The notes under the pieces were generated by a model. It did no database searches. It saw only the letters and a list, made by a program, of their open reading frames with translations, and had not been told where the DNA came from. 64,000 bases of DNA from Hypanus sabinus (taxonomy: Eukaryota), in contig NC_082731.1 of NCBI RefSeq assembly GCF_030144855.1, positions 25,296,001 through 25,360,000 on the forward strand, written 5' to 3'. Positions 13,071 to 24,191 of this stretch are shown piece after piece. Each line of letters begins with the position of its first letter. The first letter of the stretch is position 1. The translations under genes and the position numbers were made by a program.

Positions 13071-15589
13071 TTACAGGTCGTATCAGCCAGTGGCCGCCAA
13101 TTTTAATTCAACTTCTTATTTTCATTCTGATATATGCATAGGGGCCTCCTCCACTGTCGTGATGAGGCCTCAATTAAGTTGGAGAAACAACCCCTTGTAT
13201 TCGGTTTAATTACTCTCCAACCTGATGGCATATACATCGGCTTCTCAAACTTCCATTAATGCCTCCAACACCAACAGTACTTCAAAATTTCCGATCTCAT
13301 TCCCGCGTTCACTTCTGATCTCTTTTCCCGCCCATCACCTGACTCTGGTCTTCCTTCTCAAACCTCATTTTTTTTTAATTTCTTAAAGATTCTTCTGTCT
13401 CTTTCACCAAATAACTTACGAGCATTTTGCTTCATACTTCTCTCTCAAAGTATCATCTATTTCCCTGTGTTTCCTTATCCCCACCCTTCACCTTTAAAAT
13501 CTATTCTCTGAATTTGTTCTTCAGTCTTGCAGAAGGAGTTCGGTTCGCAACGTTGACGGTGTTTTTTTTTTATTGATGCTCCCTGGCCGGCTGAGTTCTT
13601 CCAGGAGTTTGTGTGTCTAGCCTCATTGTCTCTCTAAATAGCAATCGCAAACAAATATTTGCTGATGGAATTCTGGTGTCTTGGCTTGAACTTGAGATCG
13701 CTGTTGTGTCACTATTCAACCACAGTTTCAACCATTCTGCTATAAATGCAGATTCATAAGCACAATTAATTTGACAAAAAAAAATAGTGTTTTCGTCACT
13801 GGTCTTAAATACGGCATTATTGAAACTGTTAGAAACGCAAACATTACGGACTATATAGTTAGCAAAGCAACAAACCAAACGCACAGACTTGTGGTGCACT
13901 GCCTCCAATGGTAAGTATGAAAGCCTTTCTGCTGCAAATCTGCACGTGAGTATATCGACACTTTAGATGCACAGAATTTTGTGGAGGTCCAGTATTTGGA
14001 GCTGAGGGACGATGTTCGAGGATATGCTAAATTAGAAGCGACTCTGCTACTCAGTGATGGCAAGTACCATGAATGTGTTGAAAATTACTTCCTATGGAAA
14101 GTTATTTTTTGAGACTGTCAGTAAAGAGAGAAAAGAAAACTCTCTGCATGTTGCCTTTTTAACAACTTGAAACAAACGACACATCTCTGATGTCGCACAG
14201 TATATATTCCCCGAATACGATGTACGGAATGTACGATGCACATTCCACTAGAGTGGAGTGCAGGCTGTGAGGCTGAGTGCAGACATATATCAAGATAATG
14301 CGAATCGTCAGTTCGGAATTCAAAGCAGTCTTACGAAATATAGCACACTGTCGATCTTTGATGTTGCTGTCTCTGATCGCGCTCTTTCCAATAACGCGAC
14401 TCAAATAGAGTAGAATGTATCTGTCTCTACCAGAAGTCAACTGGGTTTGCAGTGCTGGCTTTCAATGTGCTGGCGTGATGTTGTCACGCTTCAAAGAAAC
14501 ATTTTACGTTCCGAATGCTCCCCTGTATCTCAAAGGTTGATGTCTGTTGTTATACATATAAATTTTAACCATCGATATCACCTAGCCGAGGACATGAATG
14601 CCAAAACGATCCGTATTCTTCAGTCAGCTATCTGCCATACATAATTCAAGACGATATACTGCTTTATTAAGTGGAATTCATCAGCACAAGTGAGATAAAA
14701 CAAGAGGTATGGGTTAGCCTGCTTCACATTATTCTCTCCATGCCAGTAATTCAGCATTCCACGCTCTGACCCCTATGTCAATAACTCTGTGGACGGGGAA
14801 ACCTTAAGTTGACACAGACGCTCAGGTATCCTGAGTTCATTATTCTTCTACTGTCCAACCAATGCAATCCAGAAACCTGAGAAGTCAGATCACGTCTGAG
14901 GGAATGATCAACAAACTCCAAAGTTAGGTGGAACCGTCACATTATTAAGCTGATAAGAAATGTCATGTGCATCGCAGGTCACCTTGAAGTATGATACGGA
15001 AATTACAAAGGCTTACCAAAAAATAGAAAGTAGCCTCATCATGCTGCGTCTGTTTAATTGGCACAGTGTAGACGAGAGGGCATGGAAGGAAAATGGGTAG
15101 AATATAACAAAATAAAACTGTAGTCACCCTGTGTGGAAACAGCCCAAGTGCACGGTGAGAGACACTGAAGCAGGTCGATAGATCACAGACTTTAATGCGA
15201 AGTGTTAAAGGGAAAGAAAACAATAAACGCTAGGCCAAATAATGGTCATTAACTAAAACTCTCAAATGGAAAACGAAGCCTACTCTGCGGGATAAAAGAA
15301 CAAATAAGAATTATACAAACAACGCTAGTCTTCAGATACAGTTGACTAAACAGTCCAATTTCTTAGAAAAGGTGAACACAGGCAGCGAAGTGCCTTAACG
15401 AATGTAGGTAAATACTATCAAAATGAAAATATATTTATCTGACACCTGCGTATTCACGAACGCAATTGCCGAATCATCGGCGCCGATGAATCGGTTGTTG
15501 TGATACTGCAAGCGTAAAATGACTCTGATCGTAGTTATATACAGACCTTCCGACAGTTGCTGGGAGTTGGTTCACAGATTACAATAGGA

Positions 15590-17835
15590 AACAAAAACCT
15601 GGTGAAAAGAGCAATATTATGAAAGTCATGGGAGATTTTAACATGCCGTTCGGTTCTGAAAACCACGTTGGTAATGGAGAGTGAGTTTGTTGAGAGCCTA
15701 AGAGATGTTTTTGTTTTTATAAAGCACCTTGTATTTGACCCTACTGTGGATCAATTATACAGGATTGGGTGTTATGTAAGGAACCGGAGGCGATTAGGGA
15801 GCTTAAGGTAAAAGAATCCTTAGGAATAATTGATCACATTATGATTGCGTTCAACTTGAAATTTGATAAGTAGGAAGTAAATTCTCGCGTAGCAGTATTA
15901 CAGTGGATTAAGGTAAATTACAATGGAATGAAAGAGGTGCCGGGCAAAGTAAACTTGAATGAGCTGCTAGCAAGCTTGTTAGCAGAACCGCAATGGATCC
16001 GTTTATGGGTAAAATGAGGAAGGGCATGTGTACTCCAAATATGAAGAAATGCTCAAATGGCAATATTGCACAAACGTAGCTGACATGTGAAGTCTAAGCT
16101 AATCTAAAATAAAGGGAGGCTTACAACAAAGCAAACACCAGTGGAATGATAGAGGATACGGACGTGTCTAAAAAGCTGCTGAGAGCAACTAAAAGAATGA
16201 TTAGTAGGGGAAAGAAGACACAGGAAAGTCAGGTAGCAGATAATATCGAAGTGGGTCGCACACTGTTATTTTTTTTGAATTATATAAAAGATAAATGAAA
16301 AAAAATGAGAATGGATATAGCACCGGCATCAAATGTGGCAAAGAACTAATAACCGGGTACATGGATATGGCAGATGAGCTAAATGAGTATTTTTCATCAA
16401 TCTGTACTGCTGAAGAGACGAGCAGTGTGCTAGATGTTGAGTATATAAATGATTAGAACAGAGTGCAGTTAATATTACATGGGAGAAGGTACTCAAAAAG
16501 ACAGGCAAATACAAAAGTCACACTAGATGACTGAAACAGGTAGCTTTAGAGATTGTGGCGCCATTACCAATGATCATTCAAACATCACTGGACTCCGGCA
16601 TGGTGCCAGACGACTGGAAAATTTCAAATGTCAATCCACACTTTAAGAGAGAAGGAAAGCAGATGAAATGAAATTGCAGACAATTTAGCCTGACCTCAGT
16701 TGTTGGAAAGATATTAGAGTCAATTGTTCAGGCTGATGTGATGGAGTACATGATAACATGGGACAAGATAGGAGAAAGTCAGTCTGGTTTCCTTCTTGGC
16801 TGAAAAACGTTAGGAATTCCTTGAGGGCATTACAATCAGGAGAGGCAAACGGGATATAGTAGATGTTGTATATTTGTTCTTTCAGAAGGGTTCTCCTAAG
16901 TGTCAACATTAGTCTACTTACCAAGTTAAGGGATTGTTGTATTAGACGGAAAGTTACAGCATTGGCTGATTGGAAGTTGGCAGCGAATGGGAATAATGGT
17001 TATTTTTGTTTGGCTGCCAGTGACAGTAAAATTCAAAGGCATGCACTTTGGTCGCAGCAATACACTTCCGTACTATTTAATATATGGAAAGAAAATGCAA
17101 AACTCGAAATAGGTACCAAGAATTGGGACTCCTTGTATACAACCCACGAAAATTAAATTACCGGTTGAGTCTCTGGGGAGCAAGGCGACTGCAATGTTAG
17201 AATGTATTTCAAAGTTCTAGAATGCTAGTTCAGGAATATGATGCTGAGAATGTATAGGCAATGGTGAGGCATCGACTTGCGTAATAACAACTGTTTTGGG
17301 CTGCTCAGTTTAGAAAAGATCTGCTGGTATAGGAGAGGATCCAGAGCAGGTTCACACTGATGATTTCAGGAATGGGTGGGTTCGCACACGGAGATGTTTT
17401 GATAGCTGCGTATCTTAAATGTCTGGAGTTTAGAAGGATATTGGGAACATTTCGAATGTTGAAAATCCTAGTCAAAGTAAATGTGGAAAGGATGTTTTCA
17501 TTGTTGGCAGAGACTAAGACAAGAGCGCACAGCCTCAGGATAGAGAGGCGACTATTCAAATAACAGTGATGCGGAGAAAATTCATTTTGCAAAGGGTGGT
17601 GCATTGTGCAAATAATTGCCACACATAGCTGTGGTGGCCAAGTCGTTGGGTGCATTTAAGGGAGAGTTTGATAGGTTGTGGATTGGACATATCACCAAAG
17701 GTTACGAGGAGAAGACCCGGAAATTAGGTGTAGGTGGAGAAAAAGCAACAAGTGGAACAGCCATAATTGAATGGCGAAACAAATTCTTTAGGCCTTTAGA
17801 CAAAATATCTGTTTCTATGGCTTATGGTCTTATGG
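15590..17835 (+). mobile_element. Decayed CR1-type LINE ORF2 (endonuclease end, RT, 3' end)
   Basis: Degenerate DWKI.NV.P.FK...Q....R..SLTSVVGK region at 16610-16710 and a CR1-like 3' region; many stops and frameshifts. Confidence 0.8.
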
Positions 17836-18062
17836 ACTTATACGAATTAAATACCATTTATGCAATGAACTGTTATTTCTAATGTTGCCGCTGATGTGGT
17901 AAAATAATAGCCTAATCTGGTAACTACTGGCATAATTTGAGCAAAAGTGAACCTGCTTTTGAATCTCAGTGATCGCGCAATCGTTTAATCATAAACACTG
18001 TTTTTACATCTCACTTTTTCTGCCTAAGTCTGCAATTGTTATTGTATATCCGGAGACTGCTG

Positions 18063-18143
18063 CACGCACACAAACACACACACACACACACAGAGACATA
18101 CACACACGCACGCACGTGCGCGCGCACGCGCACACATTCACAT
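18063..18143. repeat. Compound (CA)n/(CG)n alternating purine-pyrimidine microsatellite
   Basis: CACACACACACACACAGAGACATACACACACGCACGCACGTGCGCGCGCACGCGCACAC. Confidence 0.9.
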
Positions 18144-19189
18144 AAAGCTACTCACGGACACACTTAAAATGCAAAGGACAATTGTTCCATCGCATTTATG
18201 TTAATCGTTCAAAAGTTAATATTGCAAAATCGTTTATAAACTTGTTGTGCATTAGTCTCCGGTAGGTTGCTGATAGTGGCGATGTGCTGCAGGCAGGGTA
18301 ACACTGGCTCAGGAGATTATGAAATGTCCTTTTTGTTTGTAGATTAGGAAAGGTAGGCATCAAGAAAGCATTACAATCCATATCCCGAAAATACCAAGCG
18401 CGGCAACGTTTTCTTTCTGATGGTGTGATTCTCTGACAGCCTTCAAGCTGTTAGTTACTCATTCCATTTGCACGATCCAAATCAAGGTAATTGGTTATAA
18501 AAATAGTGAGAGTGGCAGTGTGGGACATAGTGATATTATAAATAAGAAGAAGAATGTCAGAGAAAAAGAGAGAGACGGGTTGTTTCGCTTCATTTTGGAA
18601 CTACGTTGCATGACTTTCTTGAATGTATCTTCAAATAAAGTAACAAATTCAACCTCGCACTCATTTCGAATCGGCATTATCAAAATACACTGAATAAACT
18701 TGGCTCACAGTCCAACAGCAGTATTTGTAATTAAGAAGAACCGACGATGTTCTCGTACCGGTGCAGAAGTACATCGGCTTATTTGCATATCATTGCACGC
18801 AGTGCTGAGTGAGTTTTGTCGCAGCTGTTTTTGTTGATAATGCTATTGTGTGTACAGAAAAGACATTTTGTCGAAATTAGCTAGATTCTAATCTGATTGT
18901 ATCGCACACACTGTCTCATAAATAAACAGCCGGAAGTCGAAAAATACTGAGGAAATGTTTCAGACACACACAGGCAAACATTCTCGGATCCTTCCACTTT
19001 TTGCAAACACATGTTGTAGTTATGGAAACCCTCATGCTGCTCTCTCCCCAGCCGCCCCTTACAATGATATAAATATTTTTTCGTCACCTACGTAGAACAA
19101 TCATTGTCCCAAACCTACTCTGGGAATATTCAGTCCATCCACAACTCTTTATATTCTACACGTACGATTGCACTGGCATTGATGCATGT

Positions 19190-19460
19190 ACACTTTTTGA
19201 CGTCGTGAATTTCATCAATTTTGCCTCTAACTTCCACAGTGCCATTAAAATGACGTGTTCAAATTCTGACTCTTTCTGGACATTCTCTATCACTTTGACT
19301 CCATTCCTGGAGACATCTAGACATGGCTGATGATTCATTTATAAACCTAGTGACACTCTCAGTTATCTTGATAAGACGTGTTTTCACCCTGGCACGTGTC
19401 ATTTTTGTCATTTCCTTTCCACAGCTGCCCCATCAATTCGTACGTATTCAAAGGACGAGG
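19190..19460 (+). mobile_element. Penelope-like RT fragment
   Basis: Similar to 8220-8420 (NFINFASNFH..LK.T.S.SD). Confidence 0.6.
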
Positions 19461-19685
19461 CATTACTGATATTGCCTTTAAAACACTCGGGGAGGAAGTT
19501 CCTCATCAGTTGCTAGGAGCTAGAGTGGAAACAGAAGCTTAGCTATTGCTCTGTAAAACAGACGTTTTCTCGCACAAACGCAATTCCGAAATAACACAAC
19601 AATTGCATAAATCTGGAACAGTAACCGCCAGAGGTGCCTCTGCCCAGTTCTGAGAAACAACGTACATCGGCGGTTTAGCATCCTT

Positions 19686-19693
19686 CATATAAA
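19686..19693 (+). promoter_or_regulatory. TATA-like box upstream of the NAR V1 leader
   Basis: CATATAAA about 30 bp upstream of the ATG at 19719. Confidence 0.4.
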
Positions 19694-19718
19694 CATTCTG
19701 ACACCGGGAGACGAAACG

Positions 19719-19761
19719 ATGAACTTCCTCTTGAGTGCAACGTTCTGCCTCTGCTTTCGCC
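19719..19761 (+). CDS. Leader exon of NAR-TCR V1 (MNFLLSATFCLCFR)
   Basis: ATG + hydrophobic 14 codons + phase-1 donor GTGAGT; splices in frame to the V1 acceptor, giving MNFLLSATFCLCFRLVFSQSV, which resembles IgNAR leaders. Confidence 0.9.
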
Positions 19762-19903
19762 GTGAGTACCGTTTACAGTTTTGCCCAGGTTGCAAGTGAC
19801 AGATAAAACGGAACAATTTGAAAATTCAATAAGTCATAGCATTAGTTGTCTTGGGTGTTTTACATCTAATGACGCTTCGCTTCTCCATACTCTTCATTTC
19901 CAG

Positions 19904-20200
19904 TCGTCTTCAGCCAGTCCGTGATCCAGAGCCCGACAATGGTGACGAAAAATGAATGTCAGTCTCTCAGCATCACATGCAGGTTCCAAAAAAAATGGAG
20001 AAGCGATCAATTTATAACCGGAGAGTTCTTCATTCAGCCGCAGACAGGAACGGGGAGAGAGCTGATCCAAACCGGAGGAAAAATTATTATAACGGAAAAT
20101 AAAGCAGAAATGACAACCACCATGAAAATTATGAATCTTGGAGTTAAGGACAGCGCCACCTATTTCTGTAAAGTTAAATACCGATATGAAACTTACTCTG
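19904..20200 (+). CDS. NARTCRV: NAR-TCR variable segment 1 (IgNAR-like V, no CDR2, extra FR1 Cys)
   Basis: Open exon VFSQSVIQSPTMVTKNECQSLSITC...GGKIIITENK...KDSATYFCK; 47 aa from the Trp-equivalent to the second Cys (59 aa in the neighbouring TCR V), so C'/C'' is deleted; acceptor TTCATTTCCAG. Confidence 0.9.
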
Positions 20201-20239
20201 CACAGAGGTTGGAAAGGGATTCTGGCCGTACTCAAATAC
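20201..20239 (+). other. 23-RSS of NAR V1
   Basis: CACAGAG + 23 nt + CTCAAATAC (non-consensus nonamer). Confidence 0.8.
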
Positions 20240-20548
20240 TCGTTGTAATTTATCCCATCAACAGCTTAAGGCGGGTACTTAATCTTCCGGTAATTGAACG
20301 AAGCACTTCACCAGCGTTCCTTACAGTATCGCATTCAATGGCACAGGATGTTTATTGTTAATACTCGAATTCTTTTTCTCTTTTCTGAATATGCAGGTAT
20401 AATGTCACCTTTCGCATTTTTTTAGCAGCAGTACATGAAATTATTTCCCCACTTAACAATCCCGTACATCAGATGGGACTCTGCTCCGACTGTGTGGAAA
20501 CTGGAATAGCAGTTGGAAAGCTGTTATATTCTGCCCATCCCTGTTCTA

Positions 20549-20619
20549 CATTATTAGCTTGACATGAAACACTGTGGATTTTTGGCACATACACAATAGA
20601 GGATAATGGAACAAAAATT
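20549..20619 (+). other. NARTCRD: NAR-TCR D1 (coding 20577-20591 GATTTTTGGCACATA) with 12/12 RSS
   Basis: Weak nonamer CATTATTAG-12-CACTGTG / D / CACAATA-12-ACAAAAATT; D open in all 3 frames. Confidence 0.85.
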
Positions 20620-20920
20620 TGTGGGCACGATAAAGAATATATTCTAGAGTAGGAAAAAAATATTTTATTTGGGATTACTTTCGCGCTGCAATTCGATGAA
20701 TGCCATTGAACTATTCCACTTTCAGGAATTTTTCTTTGATATTTTCTGCAGTTTAAGGAGTCGACATTCGGAAATGATGATGTGGCATTTTACAATTGTC
20801 CTTTTCTTAGGCTGTTTCACAATAGTCTGTGAAACACTGAATGATATTGTTAATGCTTTAATAGTCTGCCATAGTTTTGTACTGTCCAATAACGGTTGCA
20901 GAATAAAAATAGTTGATGAT

Positions 20921-21014
20921 GATTCTTGTACCAGTGAGAGTGAGAATCGAAGCACGGTGAGTATGGCCACGGGTTATGTAGAAGGAACCGGGTCCAAGGT
21001 CACTGTCACAGCCG
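20921..21014 (+). other. NARTCRJ: NAR-TCR J1 (coding 20960-21014 SMATGYVEGTGSKVTVTA) with 23-RSS and phase-1 donor
   Basis: GATTCTTGT-23-CACGGTG; NAR-type EG-x-G-x-x-V-T-V motif; GTAAGT at 21015. Confidence 0.9.
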
Positions 21015-21091
21015 GTAAGTGTCTCAATTGGCGAAATTAATAAAACATTTTCATCAATGTGCATGCATGGGCATTTTTGCTGAATATATCG

Positions 21092-21125
21092 TTAAATTCA
21101 GATTTAAATTCAGATTAAATTCAGA
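21092..21125 (+). repeat. (TTAAATTCAGA)x3 micro-tandem at the NAR cluster duplication junction
   Basis: Three copies at 21092, 21104 and 21115; the homologous J2 flank (~22495) has a single GTTAAATTGAG. Confidence 0.85.
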
Positions 21126-21142
21126 TTCCTTTCTCTTTTCAC

Positions 21143-21152
21143 GGCTTTCGCC
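21143..21152 (+). pseudogene. Truncated leader remnant of NAR V2 (3' end and donor only, no ATG)
   Basis: GCTTTCGCC|GTGAGTACC matches the end of leader 1; upstream in-frame TAA at 21116-21118 and no ATG after it. Confidence 0.85.
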
Positions 21153-21300
21153 GTGAGTACCGTTTCCAATTTTGCACATTATACGAGTTAAATATAAAAA
21201 TGAACAATTTGGAATTTCATGAATTCAAAGTTGTAGCTGTCTAGCGTGTATTTTTTTTTACATTTAATGCCGCTTCGCTTCTCCATATACTCATTTCCAG

Positions 21301-21597
21301 TCGCCTTCAGCCAGTCCGTGTCCCAGAGCCCGACAGTGGTGACGAAAAATGAATGTCAGTCTCTCACCATCACATGCAGTTTCCACAAACAAACGACATG
21401 CGGTCAATTTATAACCGGACAGTTCTTCAAACAGACGCGGCCAGAAACGGGGAGAGAACCGATCAACACTGGAGGAAGAATTACTACAACGGAAAATGAA
21501 GAAGAAATGACAATTACAAGGACAATTATGAATCTTGAAGTTAAGGACAGTTCCACCTATTCCTGTAAAGTTAAATACCGATATGAACGTTACTTTG
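21301..21597 (+). CDS. NARTCRV: NAR-TCR variable segment 2 (leaderless, intact; FR1 Cys plus CDR1 Cys)
   Basis: Open 297 nt exon AFSQSVSQSPTVVTKNECQSLTITCSFHKQTTCGQ...KDSSTYSCK; acceptor TCATTTCCAG; paralog of V1 at offset 1397. Confidence 0.9.
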
Positions 21598-21636
21598 CAC
21601 AGAGGTTGGAAAGGTATTCTGGCCGTACTCAAATGC
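21598..21636 (+). other. 23-RSS of NAR V2
   Basis: CACAGAG + 23 nt + CTCAAATGC. Confidence 0.8.
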
Positions 21637-21949
21637 TCGCTGTAATGTATCCGAACGACAGCTAAAGGAGGGGACTTAATCTGTCGGTAATTGAACGAAG
21701 CTCTTCCCCTTCGTTCCATACAGTATAGCATATAATGGGACAGGACGTTTACTGTTAATACTCCAGTTCCTTTCTCTTTTCTGAATTTGCAGGTATAAAA
21801 TCACCTTTCACATTTTTCTTTTTTACCAAGAGTAAATGAAATGATTTTCCCTCTTAACAATCCCTTAATTCAGATAGGACACTCCTCCAGCCGCATGGAA
21901 GCTGGAATAGAATTTGGAAACCTGTTATCTCTAGCCCGTACTTGTTCTG

Positions 21950-22019
21950 CGTTTTGAGCTTGTCATGAAACACTGTGGAACGGGGGTTATACACAACAGA
22001 GGATAATCGAACAAAAAAT
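21950..22019 (+). other. NARTCRD: NAR-TCR D2 (coding 21978-21991 GAACGGGGGTTATA) with 12/12 RSS
   Basis: CGTTTTGAG-12-CACTGTG / D / CACAACA-12-ACAAAAAAT; open in 3 frames, encodes no Cys. Confidence 0.85.
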
Positions 22020-22320
22020 TTCCTCCCCGATAAAATAATATATTCTGGTGTCCGGTAAAAATTATATGTTGGATTACTTTGGCGCTGTCATCCGATGAAT
22101 TCCATTGTACTTTTGCACTTTCACGATTTTTTTCTTTGATATTTGCTGCAGTTTATGGAGCCGACATTCGGAAAGTATGATACGGTATTTTTTATTTGAC
22201 GTTTTCTTCGGTAGCTTCACAGTGGTTTCTGAAGCAGCAAACAATGTCGTTAATGTTTTAAAAGTTTGGCTTAGTTGTACACTATCCAATAACGGCTGCA
22301 GAATAGACAGAGTTGAGGAT

Positions 22321-22414
22321 GATTCTTGTACCAGTGAGACTGCGAATCGGAGCACGGTGAGTTCCAAAACTGGCTATCGAGAAGGAACCGGGTCCAGGGT
22401 CACTGTCACAGTCG
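22321..22414 (+). other. NARTCRJ: NAR-TCR J2 (coding 22360-22414 SSKTGYREGTGSRVTVTV) with 23-RSS and phase-1 donor
   Basis: GATTCTTGT-23-CACGGTG; GTATGT at 22415. Confidence 0.9.
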
Positions 22415-23885
22415 GTATGTATCTGAATTGGCGAAATTTATAAAGTATTTTCATCAAATTGCTTGCATGGGCAATGTTGCTGAATATATCAAGTTAAATT
22501 GAGGTTTCGGAGTTGGAAGTTATAAGGTCGGGCTTTTGCAAAATAATGCGTTTATATTGTCAGCCATGAGCACGTATTAGGAAAAGCAGAATTAAAGAGA
22601 AAAAAAACAGCGCATCTGAACCAACGCAGTACAAGCGGAGCAGCAAAGATTCATTCACTTATACAGAGTGGCTATTTGTTTTGTCAGCAGGAGTTATTGG
22701 GAGCAGCAGAAGAAAAGCTAAATTTGGGTCAGCAGTTAGTGCTATCCAGTAAGACGGAGCTTCACAGGGAGGTCATGAGCTGAGTGACTCTGCAGGTCCT
22801 GAGAAACTGCATGTTGGAAGAGTGAGAAAGTATGTCTATCATGTACAAACTCCAGATAAATTTAGTTAGTGAAGACCGCTAGTTGCGAATGAGTCTGACA
22901 GCCACGTGTAAACTGTTATGCAAGCGACATCTAAGAGACTGCAGGAGAACCTTTTAAGATGAGAGGTTATGCAGAAAAAGTAGAACAAGCAGTGTCAGAG
23001 AAATGAAATAAAAACAACACATGATAACTGACGGAACTGTAAGGAAAGCGGAGGATGACCTGGCAGAGGGGAAACATCATAATATTTGCAGATGCTGGAT
23101 ACCCAAGCAAAACACCCAACATGCTAGATCTTCTCCGCAACTAAGGTAGCAGATAGGAATATCCCGATGAAGTAGCTCTGCGCGAAACATCGCCTGTTTT
23201 TCTCTTTTCTATAAATGCTGAGTTCCTTCAGCACTGATGTGTGTTACACCGACAGATTAGGAAGTTTTACCCCTGGGTGTGTGAAATTTAACATTCTGTA
23301 CTCCTTCCACACAAGTCCTTATCCCCAACATGGAATATCATTCATTTCTCTTGGATCCTAATCTGCCAAATCAAAGAGGAAAATATTTGTAGAGTGTGCA
23401 TCAGTCGTTAGAAATAAATATATTTTAATCCTTTTTCTCATTCGTCCTTCCTTTACAAAAACGGCAGAAAGGTAGAACTTTACACAATGTAATAAGATTT
23501 TCCGTCTCACTGGTAAAAGAATCATTCTCAACTCTGTCTTACCAGCAGCAGTTATTGGACTCCATCTCTCGGGGTGCGGGATCTGAGAAATTGTTTCATA
23601 AGGGTTCTATATATTAATTATTACTTCCCGGGAAATTTCACAGTTTCAGCAATTACTTGCAGTAATTCAAAGTCTCCTATTAGTAATATCAATTCTCCTT
23701 CTGCAGCACCTCCCAGTAATGTCCCCACATCAGCAAGTCGCTGGAAGAATTCCCAAAGGCAATAGAAGCATTTTGGAAACATAATGAACTCAGCCTGCCG
23801 GTGTGAACCCTTAAATTATTCCTATATGTGGCGGATCAAGTAATGATTGTCAAGTAATAGTGTTGCCTCCTTTCAATTCCTTTAG

Positions 23886-24191
23886 ATCCATTATCGCTGC
23901 TGTCCAAGAGTCCACGTCTACAGTCTTCTTATTCTAATGAGGTCGTCACCTTAACGTGCGAATATTTCGGGTTTTGTCCATACACGCTACACTGGTACAG
24001 GCAGCTGCAAGCAGAGCCTCCAAAACTTCTGCTCCAGAAACATACCTCTGGAGGTCAGGATCAGAACAATATTGCCGAAGGCCACATCTTCGGTTCTCTC
24101 GATCGTGACAAGAAAATCAGCATGTTAATGATTTCCAAACTACAAGTGAGCGACTCGGCTTTGTATCTATGTGCCCTGAGTCGGAGGGGAG
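23886..24191 (+). CDS. TRDV: Leaderless supporting TCR delta V with non-canonical CDR1 Cys
   Basis: Open exon (D)PLSLLSKSPRLQSSYSNEVVTLTCEYFGFCPYTLHWYRQ...ISKLQVSDSALYLCALSRRG; acceptor TTCCTTTAG in phase 1; no leader exon found between J2 and this V; Cys codon at 23975-23977. Confidence 0.88.

Noticed and set aside
14189-14442. V-like stretch (DVAQ..C..KYSTLSIFDVAVSDRALS)
   Set aside because: No Trp, no YxC, no acceptor and no convincing heptamer; only a short FR3-like resemblance.
18781-18788. Octamer ATTTGCAT as the NAR V promoter
   Set aside because: It is ~930 bp from the ATG, and the same 8-mer also occurs at ~253 and ~5774 in unrelated DNA, so it is compatible with chance.
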